A stretch of DNA of 64,000 bases. Origin: an uncultured Candidatus Saccharibacteria bacterium (lineage in GTDB: Bacteria; Patescibacteriota; Dojkabacteria; SC72). Of this stretch, positions 40,320 through 50,271 are shown one piece after another (the first letter of the stretch is position 1; each line of letters begins with the position of its first letter). Position numbers and translations under genes: made by a program. The notes beneath the pieces were generated by a model. It was given only the letters and a program-made list of their open reading frames with translations, did not search any database and was not told the origin of the DNA. Where the stretch lies: assembly GCA_964405015.1 (NCBI GenBank), contig CAYOME010000001.1, positions 165,584-229,583 of the forward strand, read 5' to 3'.

Positions 40320-42923
40320 CTATTTTTTACCAAGTATTAGCTTTGCTTCTTCATCAGATACGAGTTTCCTAGACTCTTTGATATCCTTGTAGTTTACAGA
40401 TACTCCATATACACCCATTTGTACACTATATTTGATTAGATCTTTGCTACCCTCTGTCATAACTATTACTCTTCTTGGAGTATTCCTAGTTACATCTACA
40501 ACGGCATCTACAATTTTGTATGCACTATTTACACCAAGATTGTATCTAGCATCTATGTCATTAATATCGAAGCCTTGCATTACTCTAACTATTCTAGGCA
40601 TGTTTAGTACTAACCCATCTATTTTTGAATCTAGTATTTCATCTGCCATTATTACTTCTGTAGGTGTATCTATGATTGCATATACCCTAAATGTAGAAGT
40701 TCTTCTAAGTCCAATAGAGGAGAGACTCTTCTTAAAGTCAGAAACTAGTGTACTATTTTGTGGACTATGTATAGCTAAATCAACATTTCTTTTTTTGTAT
40801 ACATTCCTCAATCTTTTAACAATCATCAATACTCTCTTAAGTAATTCCTTGTTATTTATGTAATGTGATATACCAAAGATTGACAGCTGATTTTCATCTT
40901 CAAAGTCTTTACCTCTCTTAAGTGCCTTAAAATCTGCTACACTAGCAGAACCCAAAGAAAGTAATACGTTGTTTCCTTCAGCTAAATCTACATATTTACA
41001 TATCCTCTCCACAATATCTTTAGAATATTCAACAAATTTTTTCTCCTCTACAAATGCTAATGGGTGCCTTCCAACCTTAAGCAATATTTGATCAAGATCT
41101 ATATAGCAGAGGCCATGAGAATTACCAACATAGTCAATTAACTCATCACTTTCTACATTAGGGTTTACAAATACCTTTGTAGCAGAAGGTGGAAGAGAAA
41201 CATCATGAGGAATCTTACTCTCATATTCAGAAGGTTTCTCAGTTTCAGTAACCTGTGAAGTAGGTACACTCCTAAGTAAATCTATCCCTTCTAAATTCTC
41301 TTCATTGTATGCCTCTACTACCGGATGTACCTGCTGTGGTTCACTCTTACCTTCAACTACCATTTTTGCCTCATTACTTCTTTCCCTATACACTGACCCT
41401 GCCTTACCATCAATTCTTACAATATCTCCGTCCTTTAATACATTTGAAGCATTTGTAGCCCCAACTATTGCTGGGATATCAAATTCTCTACAAAGTATTG
41501 CAGTATCGCTAGTTACACCACCAGTTTCCAATATGACTCCACCGGAATGAACAATGAGAGCTTCCATTTCATTTCCATATTTTTTGATAAGGAGGATATC
41601 ATTCTTACTTACTGCAACATCAGCACTTCTATCTACACATACAACCTTACCAATTACTTGACCAAAACTCGCACCAATACCAGAAACTAGTAAATCTTCC
41701 TTACTCTCAGTAAGAGTAGATGTAACTACTGGTTGAGGTTTACTCTCTATTGTTTTCTTTGCAATATTTATTAACTTCTCCGTCAACGAATTCTTTTCCG
41801 TCCTATTACTCTGTACTATCTTTTTTGCATGTTCAACAGCCTTACTCTCCAACATACCAATACCCATATATTTGTCTACTGTCCATTTAAGAACCTCACC
41901 CAAGGTATCAAAATCTTTAGCCTCAACAATGACCAACTGATCAGTACTTCTCTCATACAAATCCTTACTCTGTAATACCCATACTCTCCCACCAGATATT
42001 ACCCATTCAATATTTTGAGCTTGTCTTAATTTGTTCTCTACTATTAAAGCAATCTTAGATATCTCTTGTAAGTACTTGTCTTCAACTTTCTGTCTGTGGC
42101 TCCAATTAGATGATATCTTAATCTTTTCTACATTTGATTTACCTTTAACAGTTCCACCCAGCATTCTTACTTTCATCCAATCTTGTGGAGAAATATGTTT
42201 TTCAATTATATTCAATTCTCTTTTGTTAAGTAGATATGTATCAGGTGTTAACTCTCCCAATGCAATACTATCTCCTAGTCCAAATACTGCTTCGATACTT
42301 AATTTTGAAGGATCTTGAGTTATTGGATCTACTGTAAACGCTACACCAGAAACTTCAGCTTGAATCATCTTTTGAACAACAACAGCAATCTTTACATCAG
42401 AAAGATTAATACCCTTAGAAGAGGCATATGCAACTACATCATCAGTAAACAAGGAACCATATATCCTCTTAACAGAATCAAACAAATTCTTTATACCTCT
42501 AATATTCAACTCCGTAGAAAAAATCCCAGAGAATGAAACATCAGGAGCAGAAGGAAACACAACAGAAGATCTTACAGATACCCATGCATCAGTAAATCCA
42601 GAGAGTCTGGTATACGCTGTTAGTATTTCTTCTAATACTTCAGGAGAAAAGTCTGTTTTCAATATTGATTCAAGTATCTCTGATTCTTCAGGATTCTTAC
42701 CCTTTTCAAAAAGCTTCTGTGAATCTCTAAGCAAAGATTTTGAAATTATATCTTCAAATACATTAGAGGAAATTACAAAAAACTCAGGTATTGGAATATC
42801 CATATCCTTAAGTTCAAAGAGACTTAATCCTTTTCTTCCTACAGTAGATTCTTTAAGATTTCTAGCTTGAAAATCTTCCCAATAGTAGATTGATCTATTA
42901 ATCTTTGTAATATTTGATGACAT
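40320..42923 (-). CDS. PEP synthase/pyruvate,water dikinase-like protein with degenerate catalytic motifs
   Basis: VG.KG, VRSS, VVVQKMI..EVSGVAFT, A.FGLG, G.GAS.G, GG.TS.TAI.CRE..IPA.VG. Confidence 0.8.
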   Translation of the reverse strand: MSSNITKINRSIYYWEDFQARNLKESTVGRKGLSLFELKDMDIPIPEFFVISSNVFEDIISKSLLRDSQKLFEKGKNPEESEILESILKTDFSPEVLEEILTAYTRLSGFTDAWVSVRSSVVFPSAPDVSFSGIFSTELNIRGIKNLFDSVKRIYGSLFTDDVVAYASSKGINLSDVKIAVVVQKMIQAEVSGVAFTVDPITQDPSKLSIEAVFGLGDSIALGELTPDTYLLNKRELNIIEKHISPQDWMKVRMLGGTVKGKSNVEKIKISSNWSHRQKVEDKYLQEISKIALIVENKLRQAQNIEWVISGGRVWVLQSKDLYERSTDQLVIVEAKDFDTLGEVLKWTVDKYMGIGMLESKAVEHAKKIVQSNRTEKNSLTEKLINIAKKTIESKPQPVVTSTLTESKEDLLVSGIGASFGQVIGKVVCVDRSADVAVSKNDILLIKKYGNEMEALIVHSGGVILETGGVTSDTAILCREFDIPAIVGATNASNVLKDGDIVRIDGKAGSVYRERSNEAKMVVEGKSEPQQVHPVVEAYNEENLEGIDLLRSVPTSQVTETEKPSEYESKIPHDVSLPPSATKVFVNPNVESDELIDYVGNSHGLCYIDLDQILLKVGRHPLAFVEEKKFVEYSKDIVERICKYVDLAEGNNVLLSLGSASVADFKALKRGKDFEDENQLSIFGISHYINNKELLKRVLMIVKRLRNVYKKRNVDLAIHSPQNSTLVSDFKKSLSSIGLRRTSTFRVYAIIDTPTEVIMADEILDSKIDGLVLNMPRIVRVMQGFDINDIDARYNLGVNSAYKIVDAVVDVTRNTPRRVIVMTEGSKDLIKYSVQMGVYGVSVNYKDIKESRKLVSDEEAKLILGKK

Positions 42924-42945
42924 TTCCTAGGCAGTAATATTATCT

Positions 42946-44100
42946 CTAAATGCTACCTTTAGCTTTTAATTTTTGCAAGTCTATATAGAACTCATAGCAT
43001 ATCCTCATAATGACAATTGCTGGTACTGCCAATACTGCTCCCCATACACCAAAGAGTACAAAGAATGTAAATGCAGCAAACATAATAAAGATGGGTCTTA
43101 CGCCCATCACATTTCCCATTATTTTAGGCACGATAATGTTGTTTTCTAATTGCTGATATACAAAGAATACAACCACAATTATCAATGCTGCCAATGGGCC
43201 CTTTACAACAATGGCTATTAATATTGGAGGTATTGCTCCAATAGTTGCACCTAGGTTAGGTATAGCGGACATTAATGCTACAAATACCGCTATAGGGAGA
43301 GCAAATGGTACACCTAAAATCCAGAGTGTTAAACCCATTACTAAACCAGCAATACTACTTATCAACGCTTGACCTAGTAACCATCTACCTAACTTACTTT
43401 CTACTTCAAGTACCAATTCCTTTACTCTATTCCTCTTTGCATCGGACACGATCCTTACCAAACCAAACTCTAAGATATTGTCATGATCTAATACTAGATA
43501 TATAGAAAAGATTACAGAAGCAAAGAGTAGGGCTGTAGAACTAAATACAGAACCAAGAGTATTAGCAATATTTTCGAAACTCTCAAATATTGTAAATTTC
43601 TCAAAGAAATCCTTAACAAATGTATTTATCATCGAAGTTTCAATTGTATATCCCAACACATTAATATCTTGGATATCCTTTGAAAGTAAATCTATCCATC
43701 TTGGAACTGCTTTAACTAACTCATCTATTTGATCAATGAATGGGAATACGACAACAGAAAGTACAGCAGAGAGAACTACAAAACCCAAGAAGTAAGTTAA
43801 TGCTACTGCAAGTCCCTTACCAACTTTTCTTGAAGTAAGAAATCTGACAACAGGCCTAGAGGTAGACATGAATACAAAACCTCCAAAGAGGAATATGAAT
43901 ACTGTTAACAATTCTTTACCTAAGAAAAATACTGCAAGTAGAAAAAGTACAGCTAAAACAAACTTCCATGAGAACTCAACAACGATAGTGGGCTTTTTGA
44001 CCTCATCTCTTTGCCTGTACTTCTCTAACTCTCTTAAATCTTGTACTAAGTTACTCTCAGTGGAAATCTTTTTCGAATCCATGTTTAATATTTTAGCCAT
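42946..44100 (-). CDS. AI-2E (UPF0118/PerM) family transporter
   Basis: Polytopic; IP..G, QQLENN.IVPK.MG. Confidence 0.88.
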   Translation of the reverse strand: MAKILNMDSKKISTESNLVQDLRELEKYRQRDEVKKPTIVVEFSWKFVLAVLFLLAVFFLGKELLTVFIFLFGGFVFMSTSRPVVRFLTSRKVGKGLAVALTYFLGFVVLSAVLSVVVFPFIDQIDELVKAVPRWIDLLSKDIQDINVLGYTIETSMINTFVKDFFEKFTIFESFENIANTLGSVFSSTALLFASVIFSIYLVLDHDNILEFGLVRIVSDAKRNRVKELVLEVESKLGRWLLGQALISSIAGLVMGLTLWILGVPFALPIAVFVALMSAIPNLGATIGAIPPILIAIVVKGPLAALIIVVVFFVYQQLENNIIVPKIMGNVMGVRPIFIMFAAFTFFVLFGVWGAVLAVPAIVIMRICYEFYIDLQKLKAKGSI

Positions 44101-44129
44101 TTACTTACCATATTTAATTAATCCAGTTA

Positions 44130-45224
44130 TTATACCAATTCCCTTACACTAGATCTATTTAATACTTTCCTTTTAGATATCAAGTACGAAGCAAAGAAAG
44201 AAGTTATCGGAACAATTAGTAAAATACCAATACTTGCAGACAATGTTCTAACGATCTCTTCAGCTATTACATCAGCCCTAAGAATATTCCCAATGCCTCC
44301 ACTGTTGTATGTAAGAAGCATAACTAGGGCAAAACTGGAACCAGCATATGCAATAAAAAGGGTATTAACCATTGAAGAAAGATGGTCCTTACCAATATTC
44401 ATACCCTGTTTGTAAAGTTGAAACATATTCAATTTAGGGTTAGCAATATTCAATTCATATATGGAGGATACCTGACTCATTACAACATCGTCTAATACAC
44501 CAACTGCACCTATTAATATACTTACAAAAAATACTTCAGCTAAATTAATACTTCCACCTGTTTGACTAAGAAGTAAAAATGCTTCTTCACTCCCCGATCC
44601 ATCTACCCTCATAAAGGTTGTAAAAAGTTTAGCTAGAAAACCTACTATTAATATCCCTATGAATGTTGAAAGTACTGCTATACTACTTTTAATATTAAAT
44701 CCGTGAGAGGTGTACATAATGACAATAAGGGAAATACATACCGTAGTAATACCAATTAAAAGTATATTCCCTCCATCTAATATTCTAGGTATTGCCCAAC
44801 CATACAGAAGTAGGACAGTGAATCCCAAACTAATTAAAGATCCTAGCCCTTGTCTTTTACCAATAGCTATAGCTACAACAGAAAATATCAATATCATTAC
44901 CAACACCGAACCCTCTCTTACAAAGCCCGTTATACTCCAACTCTCATAGTCAAAACCATCAGTAAGAAAAGATACATACACCTTATCTCCAACCTTAAAC
45001 TTTGATTCTCCGTTATCAGAGAGAGCAGGTATAGTCCTCACACTTTCACCCCTTTTCTCAACATATATTTCATATTCAAAACAAGTATATCCACCATCTA
45101 AAGATTCGGAACAAGGCACTTCGAAAATCTCTAATACCGTACCTTTAAAAGATTCTTCTGAATCCTGTGCAAAGGAAGGAGTAGGGAATAGTAATGTAAG
45201 AAGTAATAGTAATATGAATTTCAT
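44130..45224 (-). CDS. YibE/F family membrane protein
   Basis: IGAVGVLDDV, G.NIG.DH..SMVNTL..AY.G, EEIVR. Confidence 0.88.
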   Translation of the reverse strand: MKFILLLLLTLLFPTPSFAQDSEESFKGTVLEIFEVPCSESLDGGYTCFEYEIYVEKRGESVRTIPALSDNGESKFKVGDKVYVSFLTDGFDYESWSITGFVREGSVLVMILIFSVVAIAIGKRQGLGSLISLGFTVLLLYGWAIPRILDGGNILLIGITTVCISLIVIMYTSHGFNIKSSIAVLSTFIGILIVGFLAKLFTTFMRVDGSGSEEAFLLLSQTGGSINLAEVFFVSILIGAVGVLDDVVMSQVSSIYELNIANPKLNMFQLYKQGMNIGKDHLSSMVNTLFIAYAGSSFALVMLLTYNSGGIGNILRADVIAEEIVRTLSASIGILLIVPITSFFASYLISKRKVLNRSSVRELV

Positions 45225-45237
45225 TCCCACATTATAC

Positions 45238-45265
45238 AAAAAAAAGAGGGGCTTGCACCCCTCTT
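45238..45265 (-). terminator. intrinsic terminator
   Basis: On the minus strand AAGAGGGG-TGCAAG-CCCCTCTT followed by a T-run. Confidence 0.8.
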
Positions 45266-45286
45266 AATCTAAAGCAACAGATGTAT

Positions 45287-46219
45287 TTACTTTCTCTTAC
45301 TGTAATACAAATATACAGAACTAGATCCAAATGCTAGTACTGCAATTAATGCAAATACCATCATTAAGTTGTTACCAAACAATGCATCTAATTCACCCGC
45401 CGCTTGAGGTAAATTACCATCAACTACAGCATCTCCATTTACATCACCAGTAGGTGAGTAGTCTACACGAATCTTCTCATCCAATGTAACTTCATTACCT
45501 GCTAAATCTTTAACAGACATTGTGAATACATTACGACCTTCTTCTAATTCAATATTCTCTAATCTAAACACACCTTTATCATCTGCAACAACGTCATAGC
45601 TTAAGATACCTCTTTTAACAGTAACTGTACTATTTGGTTCAACAGTACCAGCAACTACAAAAGTGTCCTTGTTTGTCTCTTCTCCATATTTAATAGATAC
45701 GGAATCCTGTGAAGGAGCACTTCTATCTACCTTTGCCAGTTCAATACTACTTCTTGGACCAATTACTCTATTAGGAAAACCCTTAACTCCAGCAACAGAT
45801 ACTGAGTAATCGCCTTCATTCTCTGCGGTATATTCATATGAGAATGTACCCTCTCCACTAACCTTAGTACTCGCTATCTTTACATCATTTACATATACAA
45901 AGATATCGTCATATCCCAAAGCTTTACCTCTAACTAATATTGTTTCTCCATTAGTAATATCTGTAACATCAGTAAGCTCAGGAGCTTCTAAATCTAAATC
46001 TACCGAAGGCTCTTCTCTAAATCTAATGAAAGAGTAGATACCAAATGCAACTAGCAATACACCCAAACCGATGAAGACAGAACCAACCAAACGAGATATT
46101 TTCTCTTGATTGTTTCTCTCTGGTTGCTTTATCTCAACCTTACTTTGCATGTTATCTTGTTGTATTTCTACAACCTTATTATTATTTTGGGCAGAGTTAT
46201 TATTTTTCTTCTTAGCCAC
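45287..46219 (-). CDS. Ig-like surface protein with sortase-type sorting signal
   Basis: N-terminal TM, two Ig-like domains, C-terminal LPQAAG plus hydrophobic helix plus SKRK. Confidence 0.75.
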   Translation of the reverse strand: MAKKKNNNSAQNNNKVVEIQQDNMQSKVEIKQPERNNQEKISRLVGSVFIGLGVLLVAFGIYSFIRFREEPSVDLDLEAPELTDVTDITNGETILVRGKALGYDDIFVYVNDVKIASTKVSGEGTFSYEYTAENEGDYSVSVAGVKGFPNRVIGPRSSIELAKVDRSAPSQDSVSIKYGEETNKDTFVVAGTVEPNSTVTVKRGILSYDVVADDKGVFRLENIELEEGRNVFTMSVKDLAGNEVTLDEKIRVDYSPTGDVNGDAVVDGNLPQAAGELDALFGNNLMMVFALIAVLAFGSSSVYLYYSKRK

Positions 46220-46301
46220 TCTAACCTATATTAAAATTTATATACTCTATACAAATAGAATAGAATAAAATTTTACAGAGTGCAAGAAAAATATATAATA
46301 A

Positions 46302-47006
46302 ATGGATATGAGAAAGAAAACGATATTAAAATTCACATTAACAATACTCCTTTTAACAGGCTTTCTAATACCAGTTGGAATATTTGTAATATATCCAAAT
46401 TACAACAAACTAATTGGACCTATAAAGAGATTTAATATACAAAGAAGTACAGAAGAAATAACTTTTCAAATATTAACAACCCTTTCTCCTACTAGAGACC
46501 AAGTACTTGGAATAACTGATATAACATCAACAAACAAGACAATAGAGGAAAGTTTGGGCAGTAATTTTGTAATTCAAGAAAAGCAATTAGAGAGTTTAAA
46601 TACTCAAATTCAAATTGAATCCATTGAAGTAAAAGGAAAAGTGCATGAAGGTGTAGATTCCAATACTATGGACTTAGGTTTTTGGCACTTTCCTCTCTCC
46701 CAATATCCAGGAACTAAAGGAAATAGTGTAATCATTGGACATAGATATGCCAAATTGCCACCTGATCCAGACACTTTCTTTAATCTAGACAAAGTAAAAG
46801 TAGGGGATAGGATACTTGTAGAACAAGATAATAATTCATATACCTACATAGTTACAGAAACTAAGATTGTTGAAAAGAATGACATCTCTATCCTTCAAAA
46901 CTTTGGAGACTACCGTATTACCCTAGTTACATGTACACCTCTTTGGACTGATCATCAAAGATTGGTAATAGTTGGTAAACTGGACAAATTGTATAAAAAC
47001 ACATAG
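46302..47006 (+). CDS. sortase
   Basis: N-terminal TM, GN..I.GHR, TLVTC, R catalytic triad motifs. Confidence 0.9.
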   Translation: MDMRKKTILKFTLTILLLTGFLIPVGIFVIYPNYNKLIGPIKRFNIQRSTEEITFQILTTLSPTRDQVLGITDITSTNKTIEESLGSNFVIQEKQLESLNTQIQIESIEVKGKVHEGVDSNTMDLGFWHFPLSQYPGTKGNSVIIGHRYAKLPPDPDTFFNLDKVKVGDRILVEQDNNSYTYIVTETKIVEKNDISILQNFGDYRITLVTCTPLWTDHQRLVIVGKLDKLYKNT

Positions 47007-47042
47007 AATTCAATACTTCTAAATAATATTAATATATTTCTG

Positions 47043-48086
47043 ATGAACGATTTTTACACAAAAAAAGAGCTTAATGGGTATACCTTTGAATTTACAATGA
47101 CAATACCAAAAGATAACTTTAAGCATTCATTCGATCTTTTAGTTAAAGAATATGCCAAGGATACTGATATAAAAGGGTTTAGAAAAGGAAAAGTACCTAC
47201 TGACCTAATGAGTGATCAAATGAAAGATGTAGTTAAGTATGAGACATTTGAGAGATTAGCACCTCTTTACATAAATACTGCACTTTCAAAAGAGAAACTT
47301 GAACCTATCGCTCCACCAGAGTACAAAGAATTACCAAAGATCTTAGAAGGTTTAGATATTACCTTCACAATAAGGGTAACTACAATGCCTGAGTTTAAAG
47401 TAGGAGATGTTAAAAAGATTAAGATTAAAAAAGACAAACTTAAGGTAGAAGATAGTGAGATAGAAGAAGCTATTAATGAATTAAAAAGCTCTCAAAAAAC
47501 TAAAGCTACAGAGATAAATGATGAATGGGCAAAAGAGATAGCAGTAGTAATAAATGCTCCAGAGGTTAATACATTAGATGAACTTAAACAGAAAATTAGA
47601 GAAGCATTACAACTTCAAAAAGACCACTATCAATTACACCAATTACAAGATGAGGCATTAAGAAAAGGTATTGAGATATCAAAAATAGAAATCCCAGAAT
47701 CAGCAATAAAGTTCGAAGCTTCTGAGAGAGAAAGAGCTTTTGTAGAAGATATGAAGAACAGAGGAGTAAAGATCGAAGACTTCTTAAAGGGTAACAATAT
47801 CACAATGGAAAAGATGAGAGAACTTTGGTTAAAAGATGCTAAAGATGCGCTTGAGGCAGATACCTTCTTAAAGCTTTTTTCTGATGATAGGAAAGTAGAT
47901 ATAACTGATGAAGAATTAGAAGCTAAGATAGAGGAGATTAAAAAGACTCAACCTAATGCAGACAAAAGTATCTTTAGTAATCCTCAATGGAGAGATTACA
48001 TTAAAGGTGTTGAAAAGAAAGAAAAAGGTTTTAGACTTTTCATAGAGGAAGTATTAGGGAAAGATTTCTTAGATGATCATAACTAA
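47043..48086 (+). CDS. tig: trigger factor (short form)
   Basis: IKGFRKGKVP signature; upstream of clpP; FKBP domain appears missing. Confidence 0.88.
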   Translation: MNDFYTKKELNGYTFEFTMTIPKDNFKHSFDLLVKEYAKDTDIKGFRKGKVPTDLMSDQMKDVVKYETFERLAPLYINTALSKEKLEPIAPPEYKELPKILEGLDITFTIRVTTMPEFKVGDVKKIKIKKDKLKVEDSEIEEAINELKSSQKTKATEINDEWAKEIAVVINAPEVNTLDELKQKIREALQLQKDHYQLHQLQDEALRKGIEISKIEIPESAIKFEASERERAFVEDMKNRGVKIEDFLKGNNITMEKMRELWLKDAKDALEADTFLKLFSDDRKVDITDEELEAKIEEIKKTQPNADKSIFSNPQWRDYIKGVEKKEKGFRLFIEEVLGKDFLDDHN

Positions 48087-48105
48087 CATTTAGAATATAC
48101 CAACA

Positions 48106-48693
48106 ATGTCTTTACTCATACCAATGGTTGTAGAAAAAGATAGGGAAGGGGAAAGAGCTTACGATATATATTCTAGGTTACTTAAGGATAGGATAATCTT
48201 TGTTAGTGGACCAATTGAAACAGATATGGCAGATACAGTAGTTGCACAATTACTGTTTTTAGAAAAAGAAAATGATCAGGAAGATATTCAAATGTTTATC
48301 AACTCCCCTGGGGGAGTAATTAATGCTGGAATGGCAATACTGGATACAATGAATTACATTAAATGTGATGTATCTACAATAGCTGTAGGTCTTGCAGCAT
48401 CTATGGGTTCATTCCTACTAGCACATGGTAAGAAGGGTAAAAGGTTTTCGCTACCTAATAGTAAGATTCATATTCATCAACCTCTTGGTGGTGTAGAGGG
48501 TCAAGCTAGTGATATCGCTATTGAAGCTCAAGAGATATTAAAAATTAGAGAGAAGATGTACAAGATGATTTCTAAGCAAACAGGACAATCTTTAAAGCAG
48601 ATTGAAAAAGATGCAGATAGGGATAAATTTTTTACAGCAGATGAAGCTAAGGAGTACGGATTGATAGATAAAGTAATATCAAAAAGAGAGTAA
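48106..48693 (+). CDS. clpP: ATP-dependent Clp protease proteolytic subunit
   Basis: [31 protein letters not shown]. Confidence 0.97.
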   Translation: MSLLIPMVVEKDREGERAYDIYSRLLKDRIIFVSGPIETDMADTVVAQLLFLEKENDQEDIQMFINSPGGVINAGMAILDTMNYIKCDVSTIAVGLAASMGSFLLAHGKKGKRFSLPNSKIHIHQPLGGVEGQASDIAIEAQEILKIREKMYKMISKQTGQSLKQIEKDADRDKFFTADEAKEYGLIDKVISKRE

Positions 48694-48694
48694 G

Positions 48695-49189
48695 ATGCAA
48701 GGACAAAGAGATCCTATCTACGATAATGCTAAACAAGAAGCCGAAGAATATATTAGGTCACAGATCATAAATATGATCCAGAGTGGTGATAATGATGCTT
48801 TCGTAAACGAGACGATTAGAGATATTTCTCTTACGGATATTCATGATATCCTCTTTCGTCTATATGTAGATAATAGCCTTCCATTCAAACTTACTAGAGT
48901 AGCTCATATAAAGATAGAGAATCTAGAAACTTTCGAACAACTTTGTGACCACATGGAGATTTACGATGTATCCATACCAGAAAAAGAGGCTCAAAGAGTA
49001 TATTTCCTAGAGACAAGCGATTGTGCAATTACAGTAATACCCATTCAATTATCTCCAGAAGATGGTATTAATATTCAAATAGAGCTCTTGGAGGATTCTC
49101 CTGCATTTGTAAAAGAGTTATGGAATAAAGCGACTAGAAAAAAAGGCTTAGATGATATAAAATTTGTAAAGTTTGGTAAGGGCGATTAG
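48695..49189 (+). CDS. hypothetical protein
   Basis: 164-aa ORF starting 1 nt after clpP; its stop lies within tRNA-Val. Confidence 0.6.
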   Translation: MQGQRDPIYDNAKQEAEEYIRSQIINMIQSGDNDAFVNETIRDISLTDIHDILFRLYVDNSLPFKLTRVAHIKIENLETFEQLCDHMEIYDVSIPEKEAQRVYFLETSDCAITVIPIQLSPEDGINIQIELLEDSPAFVKELWNKATRKKGLDDIKFVKFGKGD

Positions 49190-49253
49190 CTCAGCTGGTT
49201 AGAGCATCACATTGACATTGTGGAGGTCACAGGTTCGAGTCCCGTATCGCCCA
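49180..49253 (+). tRNA. tRNA-Val (GAC)
   Basis: GGGCGAT/ATCGCCC acceptor stem, D arm GCTC/GAGC, anticodon loop TTGACAT, GGTTCGAGTCC. Confidence 0.93.
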
Positions 49254-49277
49254 TTTTCTTCTAAATATAATAAAAAT

Positions 49278-49679
49278 ATGTGGCAATGCCCAAAGTGTAA
49301 AAGAGAGTTTAAAAAGAAGAATCAAACACATTCATGTGTAGCATATCCTATTGAGTATCATTTTATGAACAAAGACTATTCCAAAGACCTCTTTGAAAAA
49401 CTTGTAAAAAGAATAGAGAATGAGGTTGGTGAGATAAAGATAGAATCTTTACCATGCTGCATACACCTAGTAAGTAGCTATACATTCAGTGGGATATGGT
49501 TACTCAAAGATAAACTCAGACTTGATTTCAGAGTAGACTATCCAATTGAAAGTAATAGGGTATTAAAGCAAGAAAAACTTTCTACCAACAGATTTCTCTA
49601 CTATGTAGAAATAGCCGAAGAAAAGGATATCGATAAGGAGCTTATAAAGTGGCTAAAGGATTCATATTTCTTAAAATAG
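49278..49679 (+). CDS. DUF5655-like protein with N-terminal C2HC zinc finger
   Basis: MWQCPKC.R.F....Q.H.C and DIDKELIKWL..SY. True start lies downstream of the tRNA. Confidence 0.7.
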   Translation: MWQCPKCKREFKKKNQTHSCVAYPIEYHFMNKDYSKDLFEKLVKRIENEVGEIKIESLPCCIHLVSSYTFSGIWLLKDKLRLDFRVDYPIESNRVLKQEKLSTNRFLYYVEIAEEKDIDKELIKWLKDSYFLK

Positions 49680-49693
49680 TTAATACATAATTA

Positions 49694-50254
49694 ATGAAAG
49701 ATACACTTAAACATCTTCTAATGCACAAATCGGAGGAAATAATGTCTAAAGACTTAAAGTATCATGACTGGGCACATGCAAAAAATGTATATAGAAATGC
49801 GCAAACTCTTCTCAAATATATCCAAGGGGATGAGATAGTAGTATTAACTTCTGCCCTCTTTCATGATATTGCTAGAGATAAAGAAAATCATGAATTAGAG
49901 GGAGCAAACATACTAAAAGATCTACTTAATGATATTTCGGAATTTCCAAAAGACAAAATAGAGGAAACATGCCTTGCGGTACTGCATCATGAACAAGGAC
50001 AGATATCAAATGAAGAAAAAATCCTTTCAGATGCAGATAAAATGGATGCTTTTAATGAGTTAGGCATTGGAAGAGGATTTATGATGGCAGCGAAGAAAGG
50101 ATACCCCCTTAAAGAAGCTGCTCTTGGATATCTAGATTTACTTAATAGTTGGTATAACGGTTTCCACTTTGATAAATCAAAAGAAATAATAAAAGATAAT
50201 TATGATTCTACAAAGAAAATATTGGAGAAAATGTTAAATGAGTATAAGTTGTGA
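49694..50254 (+). CDS. HD-domain phosphohydrolase
   Basis: HDWAH, ALFHDI, H...GA, HH, DADKMD. Confidence 0.88.
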   Translation: MKDTLKHLLMHKSEEIMSKDLKYHDWAHAKNVYRNAQTLLKYIQGDEIVVLTSALFHDIARDKENHELEGANILKDLLNDISEFPKDKIEETCLAVLHHEQGQISNEEKILSDADKMDAFNELGIGRGFMMAAKKGYPLKEAALGYLDLLNSWYNGFHFDKSKEIIKDNYDSTKKILEKMLNEYKL

Positions 50255-50271
50255 ATAGGTGAAAGTAATAA

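Noticed and set aside
47043-48086. Trigger factor lacking the PPIase domain
   Set aside because: Short trigger factors are a familiar feature of reduced genomes; recorded as a feature only.
49212-49277. N-terminal extension of ORF 49212..49679
   Set aside because: It overlaps tRNA-Val; the real start is ATG 49278 with its own -10 box.
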